From: a virus
Taxonomy: Duplodnaviria; Caudoviricetes
Virus record (IMG/VR): IMGVR_UViG_3300017763_003980
Length of the DNA stretch: 64,000 nt
Reading direction: 5' to 3' (one strand)
A program made the position numbers and the translations under genes. Below the pieces are notes generated by a model. It ran no database searches. It had not been told where the DNA came from and was given only the letters and a program-made list of their open reading frames with translations. Shown piece after piece: positions 10,400 through 20,600 of the stretch. Position 1 is the stretch's first letter, and every line of letters starts with the position of its first letter.

Positions 10400-10494
10400 T
10401 TGTTTTCTCCTTAATAAGTTGACGTTCTAGGTCTACGGGGTTGGTTCCCCATAAGTCCTCATCTAGAGGACATCCTCTTGACATAGTATTTATC
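10400..10494 (-). promoter_or_regulatory. Late promoter GATAAATA (10487-10494) and structured leader
   Basis: Hairpins GTCCTC-TAGAT-GAGGAC and TATGGGG-AACCAA-CCCCGTA ahead of the SD. Confidence 0.5.
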
Positions 10495-10503
10495 ATTAGT
10501 AAC

Positions 10504-10536
10504 AAAAGAAAAAGGCCCGCTTGTGGCGAGCCTTTT
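10504..10536 (-). terminator. Intrinsic terminator
   Basis: AAAAGGCTCGC-CACAA-GCGGGCCTTTT followed by TCTTTTG. Confidence 0.8.
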
Positions 10537-10751
10537 AATATAAGGTGATAGGTTGGACTTCAGAATACCAACAACCTAGGCTTACAGTCTGTCTGATAAT
10601 ACCTAAGCACCTCGCATCGAAAAGTTACTTTCAAAACCTGCATCTTCGTGTCTCCACGCTCATACAGTGCCACTACAGCTACGAGTCAAGTTCAGGACCT
10701 GCCATCCCTCTTCCTTGCACTATCGTAAGTTAAACCGTCATCTAACTTACT
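10504..10751 (-). ncRNA. Candidate stand-alone structured non-coding RNA (~250 nt; paired core 10547-10724)
   Basis: Own sigma70-like promoter and terminator; end-pairing GATAG/CTATC; several stems with G-U pairs valid only on the minus strand; GAGA tetraloop; no convincing ORF. Confidence 0.6.
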
Positions 10752-10757
10752 GTATAC

Positions 10758-10785
10758 ATAATAGCATCTTTGTAGTAGTTGTCAA
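10758..10785 (-). promoter_or_regulatory. sigma70-type promoter TTGACA-N16-TATTAT with extended -10 TG
   Basis: Minus-strand TTGACAactactacaaagatgcTATTAT, just past the capsid terminator. Confidence 0.65.
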
Positions 10786-10794
10786 CCACTTTTT

Positions 10795-10837
10795 TAAAAA
10801 AAAGTCAAAAAAATAGGCCCCCTAAAGGACCTATTTT
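10795..10837 (-). terminator. Intrinsic terminator after the major capsid gene
   Basis: AAAATAGGTCC-TTTAG-GGGGCCTATTTT followed by long T runs. Confidence 0.8.
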
Positions 10838-10862
10838 AATCTCGTATATTACTAAAGTAATA

Positions 10863-12038
10863 TTAGCTAAAGCTAACGTTACCTGAAGTAATAGCAACAG
10901 CGCCGAGGTAATCAGCAGCGTTACCAAGAGACGAAGCAGTATTTGATAATTCAATATACCCGTATCTTGTCATAAAGCTTACTGTTGGCTCAAATGTGGA
11001 CGGATCCAGCACAACGCCTGAGCTCATTAGCGGAATGTATGGGCAATAGAATGCTGCCGCATCTGATTCGCTTGAACCTTTATAACCAACAAGTACGTTA
11101 GCATTGTCAGCTGCATATGTGTTTACATATACTTTCATAGCGTTGTTCAAAGTACCAACCATCTTAGTGTTAGTTGGAGCTTCGAATGAACCTTCAGTTG
11201 TTCTTGCGAACGCTGAAGTTGTAGCACTCTGCAGAATTGTAAGTGCAAATGGACTTACAACTGCCCAGTTACCTGCGCCTCTACGTGTACGCTGAGCGAT
11301 CTGGTTTGATACTCTGTTAATTTGAACAGCTAAAGCAGCATGCTCGTCACCAACAAAAGTAGCAGTACCTGATACAGCAGCTTGGTCATATGTTTGACCT
11401 GCTGAGCCAGCTAGTGTGTTTAAGCTTGCAAGTACCTCTTGATCAATTTCAGCGGTAATTTCTTGTGCTAAAGCAGCCATAATTTCTGCTTCAACGTCAA
11501 TACCGTGCATTGATTGAGCGTCTTGAGCCGCTTCAAAAGTCCAGCGAGCTGATAGCTTTCTGGTTTTTGCTTCGACTGTTTGCTTTAAGATTTGGATTGA
11601 TAACTTGTTACCAGCCGCACCTTCAAGTACTGCTGTGTTATCAGCTTTACCTGTTGAAGTGTTACCGGAATAAGCTTCCGCAATCTTAAATGGTGAAAGT
11701 GCTTCTTCACCAGCAGTAGCGCCTGAAGCGCCTGAGCCTGCTGTATCAGAGTAGCGTACTCTCAATGTGTGGATTTGACCCACAGGACCAGTCATAGGCT
11801 GAACACCAACTAATTCGTTAGCAATAACGGTTGGCATTACACGTCTGATGACGGGTAGGATAACTCTGTTAAGAGTTGCGACATTACCGGCGGATGTTGT
11901 TCCTGCTACAGCTGTCTCAGACAAATACTTGCGAGTATTTTCTAAGGTAGTAGCCATAACGCCTTTTTTGTTGCCTTGAAGGCCTTCCAAAAGTGCAGTT
12001 TTCGTATCCTGCCAGCGACTTTCTAGTAGTTCTGACAT
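10863..12038 (-). CDS. gp23: Major capsid protein (T4 gp23 family)
   Basis: RRVMPTVIANELVGVQPMTGPVG, KTRKLSARWTFEAAQD and FYCPYIPL...FMTRYG are hallmark gp23 motifs. Confidence 0.95.
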   Translation of the reverse strand: MSELLESRWQDTKTALLEGLQGNKKGVMATTLENTRKYLSETAVAGTTSAGNVATLNRVILPVIRRVMPTVIANELVGVQPMTGPVGQIHTLRVRYSDTAGSGASGATAGEEALSPFKIAEAYSGNTSTGKADNTAVLEGAAGNKLSIQILKQTVEAKTRKLSARWTFEAAQDAQSMHGIDVEAEIMAALAQEITAEIDQEVLASLNTLAGSAGQTYDQAAVSGTATFVGDEHAALAVQINRVSNQIAQRTRRGAGNWAVVSPFALTILQSATTSAFARTTEGSFEAPTNTKMVGTLNNAMKVYVNTYAADNANVLVGYKGSSESDAAAFYCPYIPLMSSGVVLDPSTFEPTVSFMTRYGYIELSNTASSLGNAADYLGAVAITSGNVSFS

Positions 12039-12048
12039 AATTATCTCC

Positions 12049-13152
12049 TTAATTTAAACCAGCTAAACGCTTCATAGTAATAACATTGCTATTACTCTCT
12101 GCGTCAGCTTGCTGTGAACTAACGTTAGTGTTTTCTCTATTGCCTGTAATTTCGGTGCCTTCTGTGAGTGTTGCCTTCTTAGCTGGAGTATTACCGTCGA
12201 TAACCGCTGGTAGGTACTTATCAAACTGAGCTTTTAACCTATTAGTTTGAACTGATTCCAGTAAATCAATCATAATTTCACGCTGATCTTTAGCCAAAGG
12301 CTGGATCAAATCGTTAATTAAGTCTTTTCTTTGCGTTGATTCAACAATACGCTTCTTTTCAGTAGCTGTTGATTCTGCAATTTCTTTTGCTTTCTTTGCA
12401 AATGCTTTTGCTTCGTCAAGTTGCTTGTTTTTTACATCAATAACTTTCAAAAGTTTAGCAGTTTCTGAATTTTCATTTAGGTAGCTAGTACCATATTCAG
12501 AAGCAAAGCTTTCAAAGATTTTACGACCAAAGTCGTTTTTACGTGCAGTGTCAATATCTTCTTTGAGTTGATTAATCTCTGTTTTAAGAGCTTTGTCAAC
12601 TGTTTCAGATACTGCTGTTGCACCTCTTTCGATAAAGTCTGATTTGACTTTAGCAAAGTGTTTCTTAGCTTCACGTACAAGTTTAACCTTGGTTTCTGCT
12701 AAGTCTTTCTTATCTTCTTGGAACTCGGATATTTCACCCGCTAAAGCTTCTACTACAAACTCTTCAAGTTTAGCATAGTTTTCTGCCATTACTTTCTTGT
12801 CTGCATGTAGGTCTTTAATTTCGCTTGCTAATTGTTCAGCAACAAAACCCTTGAGTAAGTTTGCATTCTCACGTTGTGCAACAGCATATTTTGCTTTTGC
12901 TTCTGCAAGTTGTTTGCGATCATCTGCAAACTCTGCAATCTCTGCTTGAAGGCGCTCGGAAAGCATAGAGTCGATAGCTTCGACCATAGTCTCTTTATCG
13001 TGCTCATACTTTGTAGCAAATTCTTCACGTAACTCAGCAGTTGCCTGCATTTTGTTCTCCTGAATTTTTGCATTCCATGCTTCTTCAATCTCAGCCTTAA
13101 TTTCGGATGATACCACGTCATTTTCAAAAAGTGTTTTTAGTGCATCTATCAT
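12049..13152 (-). CDS. gp22: Prohead core scaffolding protein (gp22-like)
   Basis: Charged coiled-coil protein between protease and capsid genes; FESFASE motif. Confidence 0.8.
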   Translation of the reverse strand: MIDALKTLFENDVVSSEIKAEIEEAWNAKIQENKMQATAELREEFATKYEHDKETMVEAIDSMLSERLQAEIAEFADDRKQLAEAKAKYAVAQRENANLLKGFVAEQLASEIKDLHADKKVMAENYAKLEEFVVEALAGEISEFQEDKKDLAETKVKLVREAKKHFAKVKSDFIERGATAVSETVDKALKTEINQLKEDIDTARKNDFGRKIFESFASEYGTSYLNENSETAKLLKVIDVKNKQLDEAKAFAKKAKEIAESTATEKKRIVESTQRKDLINDLIQPLAKDQREIMIDLLESVQTNRLKAQFDKYLPAVIDGNTPAKKATLTEGTEITGNRENTNVSSQQADAESNSNVITMKRLAGLN

Positions 13153-13168
13153 ACCATTGTCTCCTAGT

Positions 13169-13795
13169 TTATTGGAGTTTACTGATTATGTTAATCAGTG
13201 ATTCCTTAAGATACTTTTGTGCCTTTACGTCATGTTTTGTTGCCTGTGCAAATTCGTATGCCTTCATCCCACCACGTGCATTCATTAGATGCTCGTATAT
13301 TGGTGTAGGATATGCACCAGGGGCGCTGGGCTGAGCCACAACGTCCACAGTGATAATTTCAAAGTCGGAAACTTCGCCGCTTCCGTCTTCCATTACGTTA
13401 CCAGAGCCCCTACTGGAAACACCTAGTTTAACTCCGCTTTCAAGCATTGTTTTAACTAAGTTTCCCATAGGAGTTGGTAATATTTTTAGTTTGCCATAGC
13501 CATTGTCACCATCCATCCACGTTTCCGTGATCATATGGCTTACACGATCTATGTTAATGTTAAGTCCTTCAGGATGATCAACTTCACCGAGAACTGAATA
13601 TCCTCCAGTAATTTGATCGTTGAGAGTTTTGACAGCCCTGCCGATTTCGGATACAGGATACACTCGCTGATTAGCATTTCTAATACCGCCTTGGATAATA
13701 ATTCCCTTCATATAAAGGTCTTTACCCTCGTTAGCGTTTTCGAGTACTACATTAGCTTGGTCGAATGTCAAATTCTCTTGTAAATTAATCATCAA
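13169..13795 (-). CDS. gp21: Prohead protease (gp21)
   Basis: NANQRVYP, LGEVDHP, LGVSSRGSG and DVVAQPSAPGAY motifs. Confidence 0.92.
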   Translation of the reverse strand: MMINLQENLTFDQANVVLENANEGKDLYMKGIIIQGGIRNANQRVYPVSEIGRAVKTLNDQITGGYSVLGEVDHPEGLNINIDRVSHMITETWMDGDNGYGKLKILPTPMGNLVKTMLESGVKLGVSSRGSGNVMEDGSGEVSDFEIITVDVVAQPSAPGAYPTPIYEHLMNARGGMKAYEFAQATKHDVKAQKYLKESLINIISKLQ

Positions 13796-13806
13796 AATTC
13801 CTTAAC

Positions 13807-14781
13807 TTAGCTGCCGATAGTTGATTTCTTATCAGCTGCTGCTTCTGGCTTGCCTTTTTTCTCTGCACCGTGTCCTGGTTGTGCTTTTAATGACTTAGAA
13901 GCCTTTCCACCTGGTACATTTACATTGCCGCCGTCTTGGTCTTTAGCGTTCATATCGCCTAGACCAGCATGGTCGCCGCCGCTTTCTTCAGCACCTTGTA
14001 CTAAGTTACTTGCGTCACCACCCATGTTATTTGGGCTTGCTACTGTGCTTTTTGTGTTTGCACCGTTGTCGCCCATTTTAGCTGAAACTTTCTCTACGTA
14101 TTCACGCATTTCTTCTCCAGCTGATTTTGGATTTTTTGATTCTTCAACTTCTTCATCAGTTGCTTCTTCAACTTCTTCATCTGATGCTTCGTCTACTTCT
14201 TCATCTGATGCTTCGTCTACTTCTTCATCTGATGCTTCAAACGGAAGTGCTGACTCTTCTTCAGGCTCTTCGTCACCTGGCTCTTCGTCATCACCAGCCA
14301 TCATTTTTTCAAATTCGGCTTTAAGATCATCTAATGCATCTTCTAAGTCTTCAACACGATCTTCAACGTCACCTTCTGGCTCTTCACCTTCTTCGTCGTC
14401 TCCGCCTTCGTCACCCATTCCGCTAAGTGCTGCCTCTAGGTCATCACCTGCATCGCCACCTACTGCTTCAATAGGATCAGCTTCTACTTCAAACTCATCT
14501 AAGTCAAAACCTTCTTCAACTTCTTCGTCTGATGCTTCATCTACTTCTTCATCTGATGCTTCATCTACTTCTTCGTCAGTAGCTTCATCTACTTCTTCGT
14601 CAGTAGCTTCATCTACTTCTTCGTCAGTAGCTTCATCGACATCTTTGTCGTCTTCTAAAAGACCTTCATAAATATCTCTTGATTTTTCTACCACAATTTC
14701 GTGGAATAATTTTTCTGCCGCGTCCTTGTCTTCGTTGACAAGTAATTCAAGCATTTGTTCAAATTTGTTACGATCTGCCAT
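13807..14781 (-). CDS. Highly acidic prohead core/internal scaffold protein
   Basis: Start reassigned to ATG 14781 (MADRNK) with AGGAG SD; EEVDEA(T/S)D repeats; located between portal and protease as in T4 gp67/68. Confidence 0.7.
   Translation of the reverse strand: MADRNKFEQMLELLVNEDKDAAEKLFHEIVVEKSRDIYEGLLEDDKDVDEATDEEVDEATDEEVDEATDEEVDEASDEEVDEASDEEVEEGFDLDEFEVEADPIEAVGGDAGDDLEAALSGMGDEGGDDEEGEEPEGDVEDRVEDLEDALDDLKAEFEKMMAGDDEEPGDEEPEEESALPFEASDEEVDEASDEEVDEASDEEVEEATDEEVEESKNPKSAGEEMREYVEKVSAKMGDNGANTKSTVASPNNMGGDASNLVQGAEESGGDHAGLGDMNAKDQDGGNVNVPGGKASKSLKAQPGHGAEKKGKPEAAADKKSTIGS
14150..14645 (-). repeat. Two blocks of 24-nt coding tandem repeats (EEVDEATD)
   Basis: Plus-strand TTCATCTACTTCTTCGTCAGTAGC-type units at ~14150-14240 and ~14520-14645. 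Confidence 0.85.
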
Positions 14782-14836
14782 TTTTACTCTCCTATAATGT
14801 ATTGTACATACCGATTGGGTATGGGCTGTCATAATA

Positions 14837-14865
14837 TATTTACTTTATTTGCAGAAAAGTGCGTA
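14837..14865 (-). promoter_or_regulatory. Late promoter GTAAATA with upstream TACGCACTTTTCTG element
   Basis: Motif also present upstream of the gp6-like gene. Confidence 0.5.
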
Positions 14866-14900
14866 CAAATAGGCTCAAAACGAGCCATTTTTGCAGATTA

Positions 14901-15605
14901 TTAGATTTTAAAGGATTTTTTGAAATCCCGTACATGGATGTTTTCAACATTATCCAGTTTTGTAAGCTCAGGAGGAGTAAAAAAACTTTCTCCTAACACT
15001 CTTATATATCTCTTTTGAGGATTATTCTGGCATGTAATAATAGTTTGTTTAAGCCAATTTCCAAAATAAGTTGCTTTTTCAGTTGGTGCTTTATAATTTT
15101 GAGTGCCTGCGTATATATTATTTACTAATTGTCCTGTTCCTTCAAAATCAAATCCTATAATATAGATAGTATCGTAATCTGTCATATCAGAAGCTAACCA
15201 TAATGCTGTAGGGCCACTGCTCCATCCTTTAGAAGGTTGAAAAAATTTGAATCCGGTCATTTCTGCATATGCTCTATTTGGATTAGTCCAAGTTTCTACT
15301 TGATGTTGTATACCTGCTTTGTTAAGTTCTAAAACCATTTTTGTATCCACAGCTACAAGGTAATCAGGAATAAAGTCTCTATATACCGCATTACATCCAT
15401 ATATTTTACCAAAAGGTTTAAGACTTGGTAAAGCAATAGGCTCTCTACTTGTGCCATTTCCAATTACAAAGGCTATTTTATTGTTTGTAGGTGCAGTTGA
15501 TAGTGTTTCAGGAGGAGGTGTGTTTTTTGCTAGCTTACTTGATTTAGCTAAATTTTTTCGAGCTTTTCTTTGCTCTTTAGTTTCACCTGGAATATATTTT
15601 TTCAT
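14901..15605 (-). CDS. DUF115/Maf-like (sialyltransferase-fold) putative glycosyltransferase
   Basis: AFVIGNGTSR, IYGCNAVY, YLVAVD, SSGPTAL and IYIIGFDF motifs typical of this fold. Confidence 0.6.
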   Translation of the reverse strand: MKKYIPGETKEQRKARKNLAKSSKLAKNTPPPETLSTAPTNNKIAFVIGNGTSREPIALPSLKPFGKIYGCNAVYRDFIPDYLVAVDTKMVLELNKAGIQHQVETWTNPNRAYAEMTGFKFFQPSKGWSSGPTALWLASDMTDYDTIYIIGFDFEGTGQLVNNIYAGTQNYKAPTEKATYFGNWLKQTIITCQNNPQKRYIRVLGESFFTPPELTKLDNVENIHVRDFKKSFKI

Positions 15606-15608
15606 TTA

Positions 15609-15851
15609 TCATACAGAATCTGGTTGAGCTGCTATTCCGTACATTTGTTTTACAAACTGCAACTCTTTTACCTTTTCTTCTGTATGTAGCTCTGAGGATT
15701 TTCTTATTCTATTAATTTGAGCTAAAGTCAATCTACTTTTACGTGTATCTGATTTTTTTACAGGAGTATCGTCATAGTCAGCTTCGTAGCGATTATCCTC
15801 TACAGGCTCAACTGTGTTTCTATCAAAATAAAATAATTCACGTAGTATCAT
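15609..15851 (-). CDS. Small hypothetical head-module protein (80 aa)
   Basis: Directly after portal, with TATAAATA at 15857-15864. Confidence 0.6.
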   Translation of the reverse strand: MILRELFYFDRNTVEPVEDNRYEADYDDTPVKKSDTRKSRLTLAQINRIRKSSELHTEEKVKELQFVKQMYGIAAQPDSV

Positions 15852-15859
15852 GTTAGTAT

Positions 15860-17611
15860 TTATACCGTTTGGTCTGTTGTTGCTGGACTACCTATATCAT
15901 CACCAGTTACAGTTGATGGCGCATCACCTGCTCCGCCATCAGTAGTTGGAGCATCGCCTTCAGCTTCGTCTTCAATATTTCCAAGATCATCTCCCATACT
16001 GGCAGGACTAATACCAGCATCTCTCATTTGTGCTGAAGTATCATCGTTTGTAGGAATTATATCTTCGTCATTCTCTTCACGCCATAGTCTTTCATTTTCA
16101 GCAAGCTCTTCGTCAGTCATACCTAAGAAACGTTTGAGTGCAAATCTATTTGACATATACGGTATAGCAGCCATTTGTGAATAAGTTGGTACTCGAGCAT
16201 TATCAATCTCTGCTTGCCTATAACTTGCAAAATTTTGTGGTGGTTGAAATTTTAAATCAAACATTGAAGTATCTACATTGATACCTCTTTCTAACATATA
16301 GCGTTTAAATTCTTGATCAAATTCCTGTACAACTAAATTTTGTAGTCTTTCACAATATGTGTTGAATCTTAATTCTTGAATATATGCTGTTCCAACTCTT
16401 CCGTCATTGTATTGTGCAGCTGAATCGTCTGCACCAGTAGGCAGATAACTTGATGGAATACGCAGACCGCGAACTAACTTGTTAGTAAAATACCTAAGAT
16501 CATCAATTTCTCCTAAGTTTGTACCGCCTGGTAGTGTTTCAACTTTTGATCCACGTCCTTCAGCAGTTTGAGGGAAAAAGTAATCTTCGTTAATTGACAA
16601 AGGATTGTATGAACTGTCTATGACATTTGTTCCGCCCCCAGTCTGCGATGGTATACGTCTTTGATGTATTTCCGTCTTAACACGCTCTACAAATTGCATA
16701 GCAAGGTGCGATGGCATGTTACCCACATCAACATAGAAAACTCTTCTTTCTGGTGCTCTTTGTACACGATATATAATAATAGCATCTTCAAGTAATTCTT
16801 TTTGTTTGTATACTTTAAAAATTGTTTCAAGTAAAGAATTACCAAATGGATAATTATTGTCTAGTCCTTCTGACAAACTTAGATGTATTACATGTTTAGC
16901 GTCTACAGTTACTTCTCCATCATCAGTAGTAAATCTACTACCACTGTAACTTGACATAGGTTGTCCAACCATTCCTTTGGCGCCGCCGGTTGGTGTGTAC
17001 TGTTGATTGCCTCCACTTGTAATATTACCATTTGTATGATAAGGAGTAGTAGCTATTCCGTCTTTAAAATTAAAATTAATATTTTTAACTACATACTGTT
17101 CGGGTACTTTCCCTTCACTTTCGTTAACAATAATACGTGACACGTTTGCAGGATCAACATGAAACCAACGCTTAGTTTCTGGATCACGTACAAAAAACTG
17201 ATCTCCGTATTTGAAAACATTTCTTAATATTCGAAATATTTTTGTTTCAAAGTTTTGTAGTTTACACCATTGTTGTAGGTACTGACCAATAATGTTTACT
17301 TCATTATTAGTTGCGTTTTTATTTTTATAGTTTACTATAAAAGGTGAATTATTTGCTTTATTTTTTTGTGTGCAAAATTCTGCTAGAATATCTAATGCAG
17401 CATTTACTTCCGAATCTTGATCCATGGTGTTGTACTGACCATAGCGTTCAACTCGATTTGGTGAGCCAACGTATACATCAGGCAGATAGCTAGAATAATT
17501 AGACTTTGCTGGTCCTGCGAGATTTCCGCTACTTTTAGCAGTGAAAGGACTATAGCTTCCATTTGTATTATTACCTGTTGGAACAGGAGTAAAATATTTC
17601 TTCCAACTCAT
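15860..17611 (-). CDS. gp20: Portal vertex protein (gp20)
   Basis: LLEDAIIIYRVQRAPERRVFYVDVGNMP, EDYFFP...GRGSKVETLPGG and LRIPSSYL are gp20 hallmarks. Confidence 0.95.
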   Translation of the reverse strand: MSWKKYFTPVPTGNNTNGSYSPFTAKSSGNLAGPAKSNYSSYLPDVYVGSPNRVERYGQYNTMDQDSEVNAALDILAEFCTQKNKANNSPFIVNYKNKNATNNEVNIIGQYLQQWCKLQNFETKIFRILRNVFKYGDQFFVRDPETKRWFHVDPANVSRIIVNESEGKVPEQYVVKNINFNFKDGIATTPYHTNGNITSGGNQQYTPTGGAKGMVGQPMSSYSGSRFTTDDGEVTVDAKHVIHLSLSEGLDNNYPFGNSLLETIFKVYKQKELLEDAIIIYRVQRAPERRVFYVDVGNMPSHLAMQFVERVKTEIHQRRIPSQTGGGTNVIDSSYNPLSINEDYFFPQTAEGRGSKVETLPGGTNLGEIDDLRYFTNKLVRGLRIPSSYLPTGADDSAAQYNDGRVGTAYIQELRFNTYCERLQNLVVQEFDQEFKRYMLERGINVDTSMFDLKFQPPQNFASYRQAEIDNARVPTYSQMAAIPYMSNRFALKRFLGMTDEELAENERLWREENDEDIIPTNDDTSAQMRDAGISPASMGDDLGNIEDEAEGDAPTTDGGAGDAPSTVTGDDIGSPATTDQTV

Positions 17612-20600
17612 TTAGTCTCTTCCCATCAACACTTGCGTAGACACATCGCTACTTCTATTTGCAGCTTTTTTAATATTTGGCGATTGTTCTTGTAATTCTT
17701 CCAATATGAGCGTCATTGTAGTATTTAGTGTGTTTAGCTCTGTTGCACTCATGTTCTGATTCATTGATTGAGTGCTAAGATATGATCCTGCTGCTGATTG
17801 TGATGTTACTTGCTGTGGTTTAGATCTTGCGCCTGCTCCTTTTACTGTTGTGGTTTGATCTTTAGCTGCTTCATTAATTGCTGTAAGTTGTTCAGCTACA
17901 GAACTAAGTGCATCTGCATAGCTTTGAACTTTAACAGCATCCATTCCGTCTTGTATAGTATTCAGTGCAGATTTTAAATTTGGTATGTCTATTATGCTGC
18001 TTACTGCGGCTCTTGCACTTTCTAAAGTGTTAGCGGATTCTACACCAGATTGAATCTCGCTTGATGATATAGTTTCATCCGGAGTTGGAGCACTATCGCT
18101 ACTACCTATCGATTTGCCTTTGCCGCCTAACCAAGTTGGTAAAAAGTCTCTGAAGTTTGGCATTGTAAAATCAAATGTAAAGAATCCTGTTATAGCGTCC
18201 CACACTTTTGTAAATTGAGATTTAATACTATATTTTGACCAGTCAATGTCACTAAAAGACGTGCCAAGTTTAGATCCTACATCTGATAGGAATGTTTTTG
18301 CAGAAGTATATTTGTCTACAATAGTATTATCAAATGCAGTTTTAATTGATGTTCCTATACCTTTAGCTTTAGTTATTGCATCATTAAAAGCTGAAGTAAT
18401 AGTACCATCATCCCAAGCAGTTTTAATTGATGTTCCTATACCTTTAACTTTAGTTGCTGCATCATTAAAGGCTGAACCAATAGTACTATCGTCCCAAGCA
18501 GTTTTAATTGCTGATCCTACAGCTATAGCTTTTTCTCTTGCAGTATTAAAGGCTGAAGTAATAGTACCATCGTCCCAAGCAGTCTTTATACTTCCTGCTA
18601 CACCTGAAACATAATTTTTAGCAGTAGTAAATTTGGTTGATATACCTTCTTTAGCATCATCCCAAGTGTTAGCAATAGATGTTCCTATAAGTGCAACATT
18701 ATTTTTTGCTCTTGTAAAACCATCTGATATACCTTGTTTAGTATCATCCCAGGTGTTAGAAATAGATGTGCCTATACCTTTTATACTATCTATAGCACTG
18801 TTATATTTTTCAACTACGGCAGCTTTTCCATCGGTCCACATGTTGCCGATACTTGTTCCCCAACCTTTTATTGCTTCTATTGCAGGATCAAATGCTCCTG
18901 AAAAATATGCCGCGGTTCCCATACCTATTAAAGCTGTACCAAGTGCGGCTGCTATTCCAACCGGTCCTGTTAAAGGAAGCAAAAACAATGCGGCTAAACC
19001 TGCGGCACCCAGTGCGCCTCCTATTGCAATACTTCCCCAATCGATACTACCAATTAACGAACTGATCGCAGCACCTATCGCTTCTCCTAGTATTTTACCA
19101 AGTCCTGCAGAATCTCCTTCACCACCAAATAAACCTGCAACGTCTTTATCTAACACTCTGTCAGTGCCGTCTTTATTTTTTCCTATAACTTGGTCTTTTT
19201 TACCGCCAAAGATTGCTGTCTTAAGATCATATGTTGCTATATCTGATATAAACTGTTCTACAGCTTTCATAAGTACAGTTAAACCATCTGCTAATTTTTT
19301 CATAGCACTTGAAATTGTTTCTTTACCTTCTTCACTAGTAAAAAATTCAGTTAATTTACTAAATCCGGCTGCCAGTATTTCCATAGGTCCGCCTTCAGCG
19401 AAGAATATTTGTGCAATAGTAGATCTTAAATCTATAATGTCCTGTTGAAATCCTTTTAGTGCTTCGTCTTTTTGTTTTTCTAGAGCAATTCTTGCTTCAG
19501 CATTTTTTATTGCTACATCCATGTCTTTAGCAGAAAAAGTAGCAAGTTCTGTGCTAGCTCTCAACGCCGCACCAAAAGATGTGTTACCATCTACTAGTTG
19601 CTGGAATGCAGCTTCTGACATGCCGCCAGCTTTTGCTTCGACTTCTTTTTTGACTTTTTCAAAAAATTCTAGCTGGGCTCCAACGTCCATATTTTTTAGA
19701 TTTTTTGCATCATTCCTAAAAGTATCACTCATTGCCATAAGACCTTCAGAAACACTTCCTGGTTTTGGTACGCCATCTACCATATCAGTAACAGCTTCTG
19801 ACATTGCAGGACCTAAACTACTACTCACTGTCATAGCAGCTCTAAAGTTTTTCTGCTGGTCTTTCGTCATTTTAGAAATAGCTTGAGCATTTCTAGCATC
19901 TTCCATTTTTGCTGTAAGCTCAGCTTGTATTGCTTTTCTTTGCTTGCCAGTTACAGCTGATAACATCATTAGTTCTTCGCCATACGCAGCCATGTCTTCT
20001 TGTGATATTTTATTATTTTTTCTGTCAATACCATACTGTCTGTCTTGATATTCTGTGTAGTCTAGCATTAGCTCATTAATATCAGATACAGTATATCCTA
20101 AGTTCATTAATTCTTTGCCTGGACCTTTTCTAAAATCTCTAGACATATTACCAAATGCTATTCCAGCAGTTGCAGTTGTCCCTCCAAACAATCTCATACG
20201 ATCAGCGTTCTCAGTAATAACACCTGTAAACATATCCAAAGGCATTGCTGCATTTGCAGCAGCCAGTCTTAGGCCGTTGAGTCCAACGCCAAATGTTGCA
20301 CCTGACTCACTAAGTGATCTAAATGCGGCAAGATTAGTATCAAGAATTCCAGCAAATGATCCAAGTATTCCGCCTACAAACGGAACAGTTTTTGCAAAAC
20401 TTTCTAAACTGTCTTCTGATCCAAATAAAGCTTTCGAAAAATTAGTAACACTGCCAAGTAGTTGTCCAGATACAGCGCCGCCGAATGACAATACTGATTT
20501 AGTTGCTCCGTTAAGTGCTTTACGGAATCTACCGGTTTCATCTTTAGATTTTTTTTCTTCTTTGTTTTTTTCTTTTTGCTGATAAGTTGATGCTTGAATT

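Noticed and set aside
10640-10690. Resemblance of GCTGTA..GCACTG to a cobalamin riboswitch
   Set aside because: B12-box and GGGAAGG elements missing; no downstream gene before the terminator
10545-10733. 62-aa plus-strand ORF and short minus-strand ORFs (MAGPELDS; 27-aa MQVLKV...) within the ncRNA candidate
   Set aside because: Plus ORF is opposite to the promoter/terminator orientation; minus ORFs are tiny or start inside hairpins. Not fully excluded without conservation data.
14782-14832. Longer start (MTAHTQ...) for the acidic core gene
   Set aside because: ATG 14832 lies just after the promoter with no SD; ATG 14781 has AGGAG
4919-20582. Many plus-strand ORFs in the track (e.g. 8309..9178, 13850..14671, 18633..19448)
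   Set aside because: Antisense shadows of well-supported minus-strand genes; no SD, no recognisable motifs
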